From Nitrospirota bacterium (GTDB lineage Bacteria > Nitrospirota > Thermodesulfovibrionia > Thermodesulfovibrionales > JdFR-88): a stretch of DNA of 64,000 nucleotides. Location: positions 4,871 to 68,870 of the forward strand of contig JAJYJK010000001.1 of NCBI GenBank assembly GCA_021789555.1, read 5' to 3'. The position numbers and the translations under genes were made by a program. The first letter of the stretch is position 1. Each line of letters starts with the position of its first letter. The notes below the pieces were generated by a model that had not been told where the DNA came from, searched no databases, and saw nothing but the letters and a program-made list of their open reading frames with translations. This document shows, piece by piece, positions 1 through 9,493 of the stretch.

Positions 1-882
1 GATGCCGCGCCTCCGGAGCTTTTGCGCAGATCCATTGAGCGGATCAGGACGTGGACGCAAATGACCGAGGGTATCATCCCCATTGATTACAGCCTGCACA
101 TGAAAGATTTTTTTGAGGCAAAACTCCCGTTTCCGGCCGAACGGGCCCAATACCTTCACGGCCTGGAGCCTGGTATCGGCCGCGGTTCATTCTATCCGCA
201 TTATCCCGACGTCGATGTCGCGGATATTTCGGCAATGACGCTCAGTGATGTCCACTCATTCGTGACAAACACAAATAAAAACCACTACCTAAAATCAAGC
301 AAAGCGGCCGATGACCTCCTGGAGGACATCTACCTCCGCCTTGACAGCGACATCCAGGAGACCGGGGGCAACACCCATCACTGGTTCGAATTGCTTTTGT
401 GGAGGGAGAGAGGGCTTATCTGGGGCATGGACCTGGAGTCAATCAAGAACCCTGTCAGATGGGCGTGGATGCCCCTCTTCGACAGGGAACTCATGGCGTT
501 GAGCTGGAACCTGACAATCGATCAGAAGATAGAGGCCCGGCTTTTGCTGGATGCCTCCGCGGCCATGGTGGCGGACCTTGCTGATATGCCATGCACCCGG
601 TATACCGGCGGCAGGAGGACGGGACTGGCCGGCCGGATAAAAAACAGAATACGCTCCGGGATGCGCCATTATTCGAGACGTATCGGCGGCACATCCTGCC
701 GGAACGAAGACGCGCCGGACCAGTCGGGCTTTTGGGAGGCGGGCCTGCTGAATAATGGCGGTCATATATGGGATGAATTTATCGACGGGAAGGACCTGCA
801 AAAGATCATCAGGATATCGCCGCATAACGCGCTTTTGTGGAGGCTGACAACCGTAAATTTCCTTGCTGAGGCATTTTTCTGA
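1..882 (+). CDS. Hypothetical protein, N-terminus cut by the window edge
   Basis: The frame is open from base 1, with no stop upstream of the TTG at 22, and stops at 880-882. No catalytic motif recognised. The tail only loosely resembles the C-terminal part of the AsnB-like protein at 18244-19986. Confidence 0.4.
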   Translation, partial: DAAPPELLRRSIERIRTWTQMTEGIIPIDYSLHMKDFFEAKLPFPAERAQYLHGLEPGIGRGSFYPHYPDVDVADISAMTLSDVHSFVTNTNKNHYLKSSKAADDLLEDIYLRLDSDIQETGGNTHHWFELLLWRERGLIWGMDLESIKNPVRWAWMPLFDRELMALSWNLTIDQKIEARLLLDASAAMVADLADMPCTRYTGGRRTGLAGRIKNRIRSGMRHYSRRIGGTSCRNEDAPDQSGFWEAGLLNNGGHIWDEFIDGKDLQKIIRISPHNALLWRLTTVNFLAEAFF

Positions 883-927
883 ACCGTCGCCGCCGCAGCC
901 CGGCCCGTTTTCAGAGGGCACGCCGAT

Positions 928-1731
928 ATGGAGAACCTCTTATGCTTAAGAAACGCATTTGGCGGATGGCTGGAAAAAATGAACGTTGTTCCTAAAAGCC
1001 CCGTGGTCAGAATGAAGCTCGCGTTTGGCCGGCTTTACTCCAAAATGTTTTCGGACGGCAAGGCGGCCGGCGTTGCCATTTCCTTTGATGACGCCCATGT
1101 CGATGAATGGTATTGCCTGAAAGACCTCTTCGGCAGATACGGCGCAAGGGTCACCTTTTTTGTCAGCAACTTCGATCTGTTGCCGGGGGAATCGATTGAA
1201 AAATTGAAGATGTTGCGGGACGACGGGCATGAGATCGCCTTCCACGGCCTAAGGCATCTCAGCGCGGGCAAGTTCGTTCAGGAGCATTCGCTGGATGAGT
1301 ACCTGGAAACGGAGATTTTTCCCGGTATCGATGCCATGAACAAAGCCGGGTTTTCACCGATGACCTTTTCGTATCCCTATGGAGTGCGCGCTCCTCATAT
1401 CGATGCGGCGCTCCTGAAATATTTCAGGCATGTCAGAGGGGTGGCCTGCACCGATAATAAAAGAAGACTGACCGACATCGGGCAGATTTATTGCGGACAT
1501 GAAGGAAGGCTGGTCTTCGCCGCGGGCATCGACAACGTATACGGAAACAGCGTCGAGGAAATACGCGCCGCCATGAAAAAGGCGCTCGAAAAGGGAAAGA
1601 CCCTCCTTCTTTTTGCTCACAGGACTTCCAGCGAACCGGGCGATTATTGCACGCCTGTTGCAAGGATAGAATCCGTACTCGAATATGCCTCGGGAATCGG
1701 CCTGAAATTCTATACGATCAAGGATATCTAA
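928..1731 (+). CDS. Polysaccharide deacetylase (NodB/CE4 type)
   Basis: NodB-type motifs are present: AISFDDAHVDEW (Asp-Asp), GHEIAFHGLRH and FSYPYG. Confidence 0.8.
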   Translation: MENLLCLRNAFGGWLEKMNVVPKSPVVRMKLAFGRLYSKMFSDGKAAGVAISFDDAHVDEWYCLKDLFGRYGARVTFFVSNFDLLPGESIEKLKMLRDDGHEIAFHGLRHLSAGKFVQEHSLDEYLETEIFPGIDAMNKAGFSPMTFSYPYGVRAPHIDAALLKYFRHVRGVACTDNKRRLTDIGQIYCGHEGRLVFAAGIDNVYGNSVEEIRAAMKKALEKGKTLLLFAHRTSSEPGDYCTPVARIESVLEYASGIGLKFYTIKDI

Positions 1732-1744
1732 AAGGGGAACGATT

Positions 1745-3244
1745 GTGAAAATCTTGTTCATTTATTCGTCCGAGGGCGTGGACCCATCATCCGAACCGCT
1801 CAGGTCGTGGTCGAAAGTGCAATTTGGCATCTCTTATATCTCCGCCGTTTTGAGGGCCCATGGTCACCAAACGAAGCTCCTGGTCCTGGGAAGCGACAGT
1901 TGGGAGAAAAGTCAACGGCTCATAAGCTCATACATGGAGGAATTCGACCCGCGTATTGTCTGCTTCACGGCAGTATTCTCCCAATTCTCCGTCATTGAGA
2001 AAGCGGCGCGGCATATCAAAAAAAATTGGCCGGACAAGTATTACGTCATTGGCGGAGTACACGCAACCCTCAATCCCGGGGCTGTCATCAGGGGCCCCTT
2101 TGACGCCCTCTGCGTGGGAGAAGGGGAATATCCCGTCCTGGAGTTGTGCGCTCAACTGGAAGGCGGGGAGGTCCCGCACGGGATATCGAACCTGTGGTTA
2201 AAATCCCCGGACGGGGAAATAAGCCGGAGCGCGCCGCGCGACTTCATCAGGGACCTTGACATATTGCCATTTCCGGACCGCGAGATGTGGGCCCCCTGGA
2301 TAAAAAAGGACCCGAATGATGAAATAACGGTGCTTGCCGGCCGCGGCTGCCCTTATGACTGCACGTATTGTTCCAACCACGCAATCCGGAGGGTCGCGGC
2401 AGGTAAATACGTCAGGATGCGCTCCCCCGAAAGCATTGTCCTGGAAATAGCATCCATATATGATGCCTGTCCTCAACGCAAAATCTATCTCGAAGCCGAA
2501 TCGATAGCCCTGGAGAAGAGATGGACCTTTGATTTCTGCGATAAGCTGGCGTCTTTTAACGCGTCGATAGGAAACGCCATCTCATACGGGTGCAATTTCC
2601 GCGTTTCAAGGCAATCATTGGATGAGGAACTCTTTGCCGCGTTTGAGAGGGCAAATTTTTACAAGATAAATATCGGCCTGGAAGCCGGCAGCGAAAGGGT
2701 GCGGCGCGAGGTGCTCAGGCGCAACTACTCGAACGATGATTTCCTGAAAGCCGCTTCCATGGCCCGCAGGCACGGGATGGCGGTCAATGTATACAATTTG
2801 ATCGGCATTCCGGGAGAGTCCCTCGCCGACCATATGGAGACGGTCCGCATAAACCGCCTCTGTCAGCCCGACAACCTCTGCACAAGCATATTTTTCCCCT
2901 ACCCTGGGACCGAACTCTACAGGACCTGTATCAGTCAGGGGCTCATAAAGGATTTTGTCAATACGACGAAGGAACGGCGGACAGCGGTGCTGGACCTGCC
3001 GGGCTTCTCCAGCGCCCAGATACAGGAGGCCTACGGGCTGTTTGACAGCCGCGTCTACAAGGGGCGCTTCCCGTGGTGGAAGAATTTGCTTCGCGCCGCA
3101 TACGGACGCGTGCCCGCGCAGGCAAGGTCCGCCATAAGCCGGGCGATGGTCAAAGTCCCGATAATGCGCGGCCTGCGCGAAGGCCTCAAGGCAAAATTGT
3201 TCGGACCCGCAAAAAAAGCGCATGATCAATCTTTACAGATATAA
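1745..3244 (+). CDS. B12-binding-domain radical SAM enzyme
   Basis: GTG start. The N-terminal cobalamin-binding-like part (MKILFIYSS, GGVHATL, CVGEGE) is followed by the radical-SAM cluster motif GCPYDCTYCS (CxxxCxxC). Confidence 0.85.
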   Translation: MKILFIYSSEGVDPSSEPLRSWSKVQFGISYISAVLRAHGHQTKLLVLGSDSWEKSQRLISSYMEEFDPRIVCFTAVFSQFSVIEKAARHIKKNWPDKYYVIGGVHATLNPGAVIRGPFDALCVGEGEYPVLELCAQLEGGEVPHGISNLWLKSPDGEISRSAPRDFIRDLDILPFPDREMWAPWIKKDPNDEITVLAGRGCPYDCTYCSNHAIRRVAAGKYVRMRSPESIVLEIASIYDACPQRKIYLEAESIALEKRWTFDFCDKLASFNASIGNAISYGCNFRVSRQSLDEELFAAFERANFYKINIGLEAGSERVRREVLRRNYSNDDFLKAASMARRHGMAVNVYNLIGIPGESLADHMETVRINRLCQPDNLCTSIFFPYPGTELYRTCISQGLIKDFVNTTKERRTAVLDLPGFSSAQIQEAYGLFDSRVYKGRFPWWKNLLRAAYGRVPAQARSAISRAMVKVPIMRGLREGLKAKLFGPAKKAHDQSLQI

Positions 3245-3268
3245 AGAAATCCTGGTTTACCGAACCGG

Positions 3269-4648
3269 ATGCTAGTCAGGATCAGGCCGTTTCTGGACGT
3301 CGGCAAAATTTCAAGGGCCCTGGAGCGGGCCACGGAGCTTGATGACCGTCCGATAAAGGAGTTCGAGACCGCCTTTGCCCGCCGGCTCGGGGCCCCCGGC
3401 GCGGCGGCCGTTGACAGGGGCAGGTCCGCCCTTCTGCTTGCCCTGAAAACATTGGGCATAAAGGGAGGTGATGAAGTCATCGTTCAATCTTATATCTTTC
3501 ACGTGGTTGTTGACGCCATACTGGAGCTTGGCGCCAGACCGGTGCTCGCGGACAGCCGCCTGGACGATTTCAATGTAGACCCCCGCGCAATCGAAAGGGG
3601 AATAACCCCCAGGACAAGGGCGATCATCGTGACCCATCTCGGCGTTCCATGCGATATGGGAGAAATCAGCGCCATTGCCCGGAAACATGACTGCTATCTC
3701 ATAGAAAACTGCGCCCATACGCTTGATGCCCAGTGCGATGGGAAAAAGGCAGGCGGGTTCGGAGACGTGTCGTTCTACAGCTTCGATATCGACAAACCGA
3801 TTTCGACCGGTGACGGCGGAATGCTCCTGATCAACAACGTCGACCTCCTTGAAAAGGCGCGCGGCATACTTGACGGCTACGGCAGGGTGCCTTTTGAAAA
3901 AGAGAAGCAGACCGTTTACGGGCTCCTTCTGCAACATTTTGTGACCGGTGATGGGGTTTATCCCGAAGACGGCTTCCTGCCGGTCGACTTCGGCAAGAAA
4001 GCGGTAAAAAAAGACCGGCGTCTGCTGTCGCTTGTGGAAAAGGCGGCATGCCAGGGGGGTACCGATGGATTCCGCGAGCGCATATTGCCTTATCTGCAGC
4101 GCAATCGCCTGCTATGCGAAAAAAAATCCCGGACCGGAGATATCATTTCAAGGGCCGCCAGTCGGGCAGGTGTTGCCCTTGGCCGGATGAACATACCGAA
4201 AATAGATTCCCCCCTCCTGTTGATGAATTCCCTCAGGAGCGCGGTCGGCATCGAATGCCTGAAGGATTTTGACAACTGCAAGGCACTCCGGGACCAAAAC
4301 ACGCAATATTATATCGACCATCTGGACACGGCCGCATTCGGACACCCGCGGATAGACAAAGGGAAAAAGACCGCCTTCATCCGGTATGCCGTTTTGAACA
4401 ATACGGGGTGCGAAAATTCCCGGATTACCGCAGCGGCAAGGAAACGGGGGTTCGAAATAGGCATCTTCAACTGGAGCGCGCCCGTCCACCTGTGTTATCC
4501 CTACAACAGGCTGCTGGATTTCGAACGGTCAAAATTACATAACAGCGAGCATCTGGGCAGGAGGCTCCTCAGCCTCCCGGTGCATCCCTACGTCGGCGAG
4601 GAGGCACTGGAGAGGATATGCCGCTTCCTGAACGGTTTCACCTCCTGA
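3269..4648 (+). CDS. DegT/DnrJ/EryC1/StrS-family PLP-dependent sugar-modifying enzyme with a long C-terminal extension
   Basis: Family motifs: GGDEVIVQSYIFHVVVDAI, FNVDP, AIIVTHLGVPCDM, ENCAHTL and FYSFDIDKPISTGDGG (candidate Schiff-base Lys). It resembles the protein at 31264-32358. Confidence 0.7.
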   Translation: MLVRIRPFLDVGKISRALERATELDDRPIKEFETAFARRLGAPGAAAVDRGRSALLLALKTLGIKGGDEVIVQSYIFHVVVDAILELGARPVLADSRLDDFNVDPRAIERGITPRTRAIIVTHLGVPCDMGEISAIARKHDCYLIENCAHTLDAQCDGKKAGGFGDVSFYSFDIDKPISTGDGGMLLINNVDLLEKARGILDGYGRVPFEKEKQTVYGLLLQHFVTGDGVYPEDGFLPVDFGKKAVKKDRRLLSLVEKAACQGGTDGFRERILPYLQRNRLLCEKKSRTGDIISRAASRAGVALGRMNIPKIDSPLLLMNSLRSAVGIECLKDFDNCKALRDQNTQYYIDHLDTAAFGHPRIDKGKKTAFIRYAVLNNTGCENSRITAAARKRGFEIGIFNWSAPVHLCYPYNRLLDFERSKLHNSEHLGRRLLSLPVHPYVGEEALERICRFLNGFTS

Positions 4649-4672
4649 ACGGTTTCACCTCCTGAACGGTTT
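4627..4672. repeat. 17-nt direct tandem repeat, about 2.7 copies (cctgaacggtttcacct), spanning the stop codon of the upstream gene
   Basis: Copies at 4627-4643 and 4644-4660 are identical, and a partial third copy lies at 4661-4672. The TGA of the 3269-4648 gene (4646-4648) lies inside copy 2. Confidence 0.9.
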
Positions 4673-4678
4673 TGCCGA

Positions 4679-5650
4679 ATGACAGGCAGGCACATGCAAG
4701 GCGATCTTCTTACCGGCAGTATCCCTTATACCAATTCGATCTTCCAGCAGCCGTGGTGGCTTGACGCGGTCGCGCCCGGCCGATGGAGTGAGATTGCGAT
4801 AAAGAAGGGGGAGGAAACCCTCCTGAGATTCCCCTATGTGACAGAGTCGAAAAATGGTTTTACCACCCTGAGCATGCCGCCCGTCACGCAAACCCTCGGG
4901 CCGTGGTTGAAACCCCGGCAGGGAAAGCACTCCAGCCAGTTGTCCCTCCAGAAGGAGCTGATGGCAGAGCTTATCCGGCGGTTGCCGCCCTTCGACAGCT
5001 TCTACCAGAGGTTCCATTATTCCATAACCAACTGGCTTCCCTTCTACTGGAACGGGTTTAGCCAGACGACACGTTATACCTATGTCATTGAGGACCTGAA
5101 AAATCCGGACAGGATCTGGGACCAAATGAAATCAAACATCCGCAACAAGATACGAAAGGCGGAAAAGTCCGGCGTCAGGGTGGTAGATTCCGATGACATC
5201 GAGACGTTTCTTGATTTAAACGAGATGACCTTTAAACGGCAGGGGCTGCCGCTGCCTTTTCCGAGGGATTTCGCGCGGCGGCTGAATTCGGCATGCGTCA
5301 GTAAAGGCGCCCGCAAGCTCTACATTGCATACGGTCCGGACGGCCGCCCCCAAACCGGCCTTTTTTGCGTTTATGACGGATATTGCATGTACAATCTGCT
5401 GCAGGGCGGCGACCCCGCATTAAGGGGAAGCGGCGCCAATGCGCTCGCCATGTGGGAGTCGATAAAATTCGCCTCGAAAACGGCCGAGGTATACGATTTT
5501 GAAGGCTCCATGATTGAACCGATCGAAGAATTTTTCCACAGTTTCGGCGCAATCCAGAAACCGTATTTCGAGATATCGAAGGTAAACAGCCGCAGGCTGA
5601 AGATGCGCCATCATGGACGCGAACTCCTGAAAGTCCTCCTGCACAGGTAA
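4679..5650 (+). CDS. FemAB/CelD-type GNAT-fold acyltransferase-like protein (copy 1)
   Basis: Clear paralog of 16501-17466 (YDFEGSMIEPIEEFFHSFGAIQKPYF versus FDFEGSMVPAIEQYFRGFGGRLTPYY). The QQPWWLDAV N-terminus and the IRNKIRKAEKSGV segment are typical of FemAB-like proteins. An alternative ATG lies at 4694. Confidence 0.6.
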   Translation: MTGRHMQGDLLTGSIPYTNSIFQQPWWLDAVAPGRWSEIAIKKGEETLLRFPYVTESKNGFTTLSMPPVTQTLGPWLKPRQGKHSSQLSLQKELMAELIRRLPPFDSFYQRFHYSITNWLPFYWNGFSQTTRYTYVIEDLKNPDRIWDQMKSNIRNKIRKAEKSGVRVVDSDDIETFLDLNEMTFKRQGLPLPFPRDFARRLNSACVSKGARKLYIAYGPDGRPQTGLFCVYDGYCMYNLLQGGDPALRGSGANALAMWESIKFASKTAEVYDFEGSMIEPIEEFFHSFGAIQKPYFEISKVNSRRLKMRHHGRELLKVLLHR

Positions 5651-5695
5651 ATAAAACTGACAATCGACAGATAAGACACGCGAAACCGGACCAGG

Positions 5696-7066
5696 ATGAT
5701 TACGATACGCATCGCCGATAATTTCATACCCGAAAGGACGTACAGCATCGACGTCCTGTTTTCGGAGTTCCTGGGGCTCGACTATAAAATCATGGTCGAT
5801 AACGCCGCGCGCGACTATGAGATAATTCTGGAAAACGGCAATACCCTTCTGGTGAGGGACATCTTCTTCGGGAAGTTCAAAGACGGCCTGGATTATCTCG
5901 ATGAGGACCAAATCCCCCTGAAGACGCCCCATTTCGAAAACCCGTTTACCGCGGCGTCGGATATCCCGGCAATTTTCGGCACCGATGAGCTTGTAATCAG
6001 GCAGGGGAAAATCGTCTGCGGCATCGACATCTTCGCATCTTCCTTTTTCATGCTTACCCGCTGGGAGGAATGCGCGAACAAGAGCAGGGATTCTCACGAC
6101 CGTTTCCCAGCTCATGAGTCGCTGGCCCATAAACGGCGCTTTCTCCATCGCGCGGTCGTCAACGAGTACGTTGAGATGCTGTGGAACATGCTGAGCCATC
6201 TAAAGTGCGGACAGGCGAGGAAGGAAAGGGCATTCAGGATTTTTGCGACCCATGATGTGGACGCCCCCTTCCTTCATGCGATGAAAAGCCCGCTTGCCGC
6301 CGTAAGGCAGATGGGCGGGGACCTTATCAGGAGGAAGGACCCGAGGGCCGCCCTTGACAATTTCAATTCCTGGTCGAAAATAGCCGGCGGCGATGCGAAA
6401 CGGGACCCCTATAATACGTTTGGCTTCATCATGGACCTCAGCGAGCAATTCGGCCTGCAAAGCACCTTCCTCTTCATGGCCGACCGCAGGCAGCCGGAAT
6501 ATGACGGAAATTACAGCATCGGCCACAGGTCCCTGAGAAGGCTTATGGCGGACATGCACGGCAGGGGACACGATATCGGTCTTCATGCGAGTTACGGGTC
6601 CTTTGACGACCGGAAACAGACGAAAAAAGAGTTGGACATATTAAAAGCCGTCTGCTTTGAGGAGGGCATCGGACAGCGGCAGTGGATGAGCCGCCAGCAC
6701 TTCCTGCGGTGGGAGACGCCGACCACTTTCAATAACCTCGAAGCCGCGGGCATAAATTATGATTCCACGCTGTCCTATGCCGACGCGGCGGGCTTTCGCT
6801 GCGGCGTCTGTTATGATTACCCTGCTTTCAATATCCTGGAGCGGGCCCGCCTCAATCTGCGCGAAAGACCGCTGCTGGTCATGGAATGCACGATAATAGA
6901 TGAACGCTATATGGGCCTCGGGGCCGGGGAAGCGGCCTTTTCCTTTATTAAATCGATCAAGGACACATGCCGCCGTTTTAAAGGCGATTTCGTAATCCTC
7001 TGGCATAATACCAGACTCGTTGCCTCGCCGGAGCGCCGGCTCTACAGCAGGATACTGAGGGCCTGA
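5696..7066 (+). CDS. Polysaccharide-deacetylase-like protein with an extra N-terminal domain
   Basis: Divergent NodB-like motifs: FATHDVDAPF, GHDIGLHASYGSF, LVMECT. The core resembles the shorter protein at 17466-18284 (ISHDVDH, GVHGMAF). Confidence 0.5.
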   Translation: MITIRIADNFIPERTYSIDVLFSEFLGLDYKIMVDNAARDYEIILENGNTLLVRDIFFGKFKDGLDYLDEDQIPLKTPHFENPFTAASDIPAIFGTDELVIRQGKIVCGIDIFASSFFMLTRWEECANKSRDSHDRFPAHESLAHKRRFLHRAVVNEYVEMLWNMLSHLKCGQARKERAFRIFATHDVDAPFLHAMKSPLAAVRQMGGDLIRRKDPRAALDNFNSWSKIAGGDAKRDPYNTFGFIMDLSEQFGLQSTFLFMADRRQPEYDGNYSIGHRSLRRLMADMHGRGHDIGLHASYGSFDDRKQTKKELDILKAVCFEEGIGQRQWMSRQHFLRWETPTTFNNLEAAGINYDSTLSYADAAGFRCGVCYDYPAFNILERARLNLRERPLLVMECTIIDERYMGLGAGEAAFSFIKSIKDTCRRFKGDFVILWHNTRLVASPERRLYSRILRA

Positions 7067-7074
7067 GGCTCCTG

Positions 7075-8013
7075 ATGCGCGGCCCTTTAATCAGCGTAAT
7101 AATGCCGCTCTATAATAAACGGCCGTATGTCGCCCGGTCCATAGGGAGCATAATGGAGCAGACCTACCGCGCCTGGGAGCTGATAATCGTCGATGACGGC
7201 TCCACTGACGGCTCGTCGGATGCGGTCCCCCGGGGCGACCGGCGGATCAAGCTGCTGCGGCAGACCAACATGGGACCGGCGGCCGCGCGCAATAAGGCGT
7301 TCCGTGCGGCCGCAGGGCAATATCTCGCATTTATCGACGCCGATGACTGCTATTACCCCTATAAGCTCGAACATGAAATGGGGCTCCTGTGGCAGCGGCA
7401 GAAGGCCGAATGGATGATGTCGGCTTACGATTATCAGTTGAACGGCAGGACAACCAGGCATTACATGAAAGACATAGGCGGGGCGGAGATCAAGGAAGAG
7501 ACGAGGGTCTTCGAAGACGCCCTCACCGAGCTGACAGTCGCCGGCTGGCCCAGCGACGGCCTGTTCATGAAAAAGACATTGTTTGAACGGCTGTCCGGTT
7601 TCAACGAGAACATGAGGTACGGCGAGATCACCGAGCTTATATTGCGGTGCGCCCTCATGCAGCCAAGGGTGCTGATATGTCACATCCCCCTCTATCTTCA
7701 TATAGATGTGCCGGAGAGTACGGCAAAGGCGACGAAGCACAAAAATGAATATCACCGGCACATGGGGATGAGCCTGCACGATCTCGGCAAAAAGTACCCG
7801 CGATATGCCGCGTTCCTGATGAGCGGCAGCTCCGCCTGCATGATCTCATATGGCGCGTCTCTGGTGCTTGGCGGAAGGGGCAAAGAGGCCCGCAGGTTCC
7901 TCCGAGAGGAGTTTCCTTTTGAGCGCGACATACGTTGGTGGAAACTGTGGACGACCAGCTGGTTGCCAGCGCGGCTGCTTGTCCGGATGCTGAAGACGGT
8001 CAAAGGGTGGTGA
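7075..8013 (+). CDS. Family 2 glycosyltransferase
   Basis: ISVIMPLYNKRPYV, ELIIVDDGSTDGS and FIDADD (DxD). Confidence 0.85.
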   Translation: MRGPLISVIMPLYNKRPYVARSIGSIMEQTYRAWELIIVDDGSTDGSSDAVPRGDRRIKLLRQTNMGPAAARNKAFRAAAGQYLAFIDADDCYYPYKLEHEMGLLWQRQKAEWMMSAYDYQLNGRTTRHYMKDIGGAEIKEETRVFEDALTELTVAGWPSDGLFMKKTLFERLSGFNENMRYGEITELILRCALMQPRVLICHIPLYLHIDVPESTAKATKHKNEYHRHMGMSLHDLGKKYPRYAAFLMSGSSACMISYGASLVLGGRGKEARRFLREEFPFERDIRWWKLWTTSWLPARLLVRMLKTVKGW

Positions 8014-8017
8014 TAAA

Positions 8018-9493
8018 ATGCGCGAATTCAACAAGCCGGGAATAATAATTGTTCTCTTGACGATCATTTTTTGCCTCTCCGGCGCCCTCATTGGAGACGC
8101 CCTTGCGGCGGTCTATTATGTATCGCCCACTGGCAACGATGACGCCCGGGGCACATACGCGGCGCCATGGGCAACTTTCATCAGGGCCATGATAGCCCTC
8201 AGGCCGGGCGACAGCCTGTATCTGAAGGACGGCGTCTATTGCCAATCTCTTGATGTAACGGTGTCGGGCAGGGCCGGCAAGGCGATAGTTTTCAGGGCGG
8301 TAAATGACGGCAAGGCCGTCGTCGACGGCCGGTGGATAATGAGGGCGCTGCGGATCGCCAACCGCTCCCATGTCGAAGTGGACGGCATAACCTTCAGACA
8401 TAGCGGCGGCGGCTCCAACGCCCATGGACTGGATATAAGCGGTTCCGACCATATAGTGCTAAAGCGGGTCATTGCCGACGGCTCCTCGGGGTACAATTCC
8501 GCTGTAATCAGCCTCTGCGGGGTAAAAGACAGTTTAATCGAGGACTGCGCGGGGTCGGGGCCGGGCAGGGTCGTCCTAAACATACTCGACTGCAGGAATA
8601 TAACCGTAAGACGGTGCTGGCTCGACTGGTCGGGCCCCAGCACCGGCGGCGGGGACACCTCAAGCATCGCCCAGATATATGACTCCTCCCACGTGCTAAT
8701 GGAAAATAATATCGGCGTCAACATGACCCACACGCCGACCGACGACCTGAGCATATGGGCGCATTACAAGAACGCCGATCACAATACGTTTATAGGAAAT
8801 GTCGTCTATCATACCTCGGCCTATTCGGCGGGCGGTTTCAGGGACACTGCCGAATATGGAAGCCATTCATCATATGGGCGGTTTGAAGATAACGTCTCAA
8901 TATTGCCCGTCGCGGGGGCCTACCACAGTGTGGACGCCGACGTTATCGGGACAGACCATCACATCTCGAAAAACAATACTTATGTGGGAGACGGCGGAGG
9001 CGAAGGCTTTTTTGTCCACGAACGGCCCAACAGGGCGGACCAGGTAACGACAGCGGCGGTGGAAAACTGCTCCTTCATCAATGTGGGGGCCGGAATTTAT
9101 GCAAGCAGCAGCGGCGACAACACGGTTTCCGCGCACAAATACAATAATTTCTACAAGGTGCAGGCATGCCTTTGGAACAAGAAACAAATGGTCCCTCCGG
9201 GGCTCGACAGGTCGGAGAAATGCAATACCTTGAATCCCGGATACGACGCCAGGTACGGAAAAGGCGCTTATCTTATGGCGTCGGCGGCGCTCAAAGGCAA
9301 GGGAGAAGCCGGGGCGGACATAGGCGCATCGGTGATATACCGCTATCAAAACGGGGTGCTCACCGGCGTGCCGCTTTGGCCCTGGCCCATGGAGGCCAGA
9401 ATTCTCGCCGAGTTCCACCTGAGCCCCACCTGGGAGGCAAAGGGAGGCATATGGAAGAGCTTGGCGGGGGTATACCCCCGCAGGAAAAAATGA
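8018..9493 (+). CDS. Secreted right-handed beta-helix (pectate-lyase-fold) protein, possibly a glycanase or epimerase
   Basis: Signal-peptide-like N-terminus (IIIVLLTIIFCLSGALIGDALA). It is followed by YYVSPTGNDDARGTYAAPWATF...GDSLYLKDGVY and repetitive G/N/D-rich turns typical of parallel beta-helix repeats. Confidence 0.6.
   Translation: MREFNKPGIIIVLLTIIFCLSGALIGDALAAVYYVSPTGNDDARGTYAAPWATFIRAMIALRPGDSLYLKDGVYCQSLDVTVSGRAGKAIVFRAVNDGKAVVDGRWIMRALRIANRSHVEVDGITFRHSGGGSNAHGLDISGSDHIVLKRVIADGSSGYNSAVISLCGVKDSLIEDCAGSGPGRVVLNILDCRNITVRRCWLDWSGPSTGGGDTSSIAQIYDSSHVLMENNIGVNMTHTPTDDLSIWAHYKNADHNTFIGNVVYHTSAYSAGGFRDTAEYGSHSSYGRFEDNVSILPVAGAYHSVDADVIGTDHHISKNNTYVGDGGGEGFFVHERPNRADQVTTAAVENCSFINVGAGIYASSSGDNTVSAHKYNNFYKVQACLWNKKQMVPPGLDRSEKCNTLNPGYDARYGKGAYLMASAALKGKGEAGADIGASVIYRYQNGVLTGVPLWPWPMEARILAEFHLSPTWEAKGGIWKSLAGVYPRRKK

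Noticed and set aside
9166-9489. N-terminal extensions offered by the ORF track: 9166 for the GT4-like gene, 12092 for asnB, 17274 for the deacetylase-like gene, 32495 for the NRPS-like gene, 44284 for the NusG paralog and 45768 for the kinase.
   Set aside because: The extensions overlap the preceding gene or an intergenic promoter region, look non-protein-like, and have better internal starts with an RBS or ATGA coupling.
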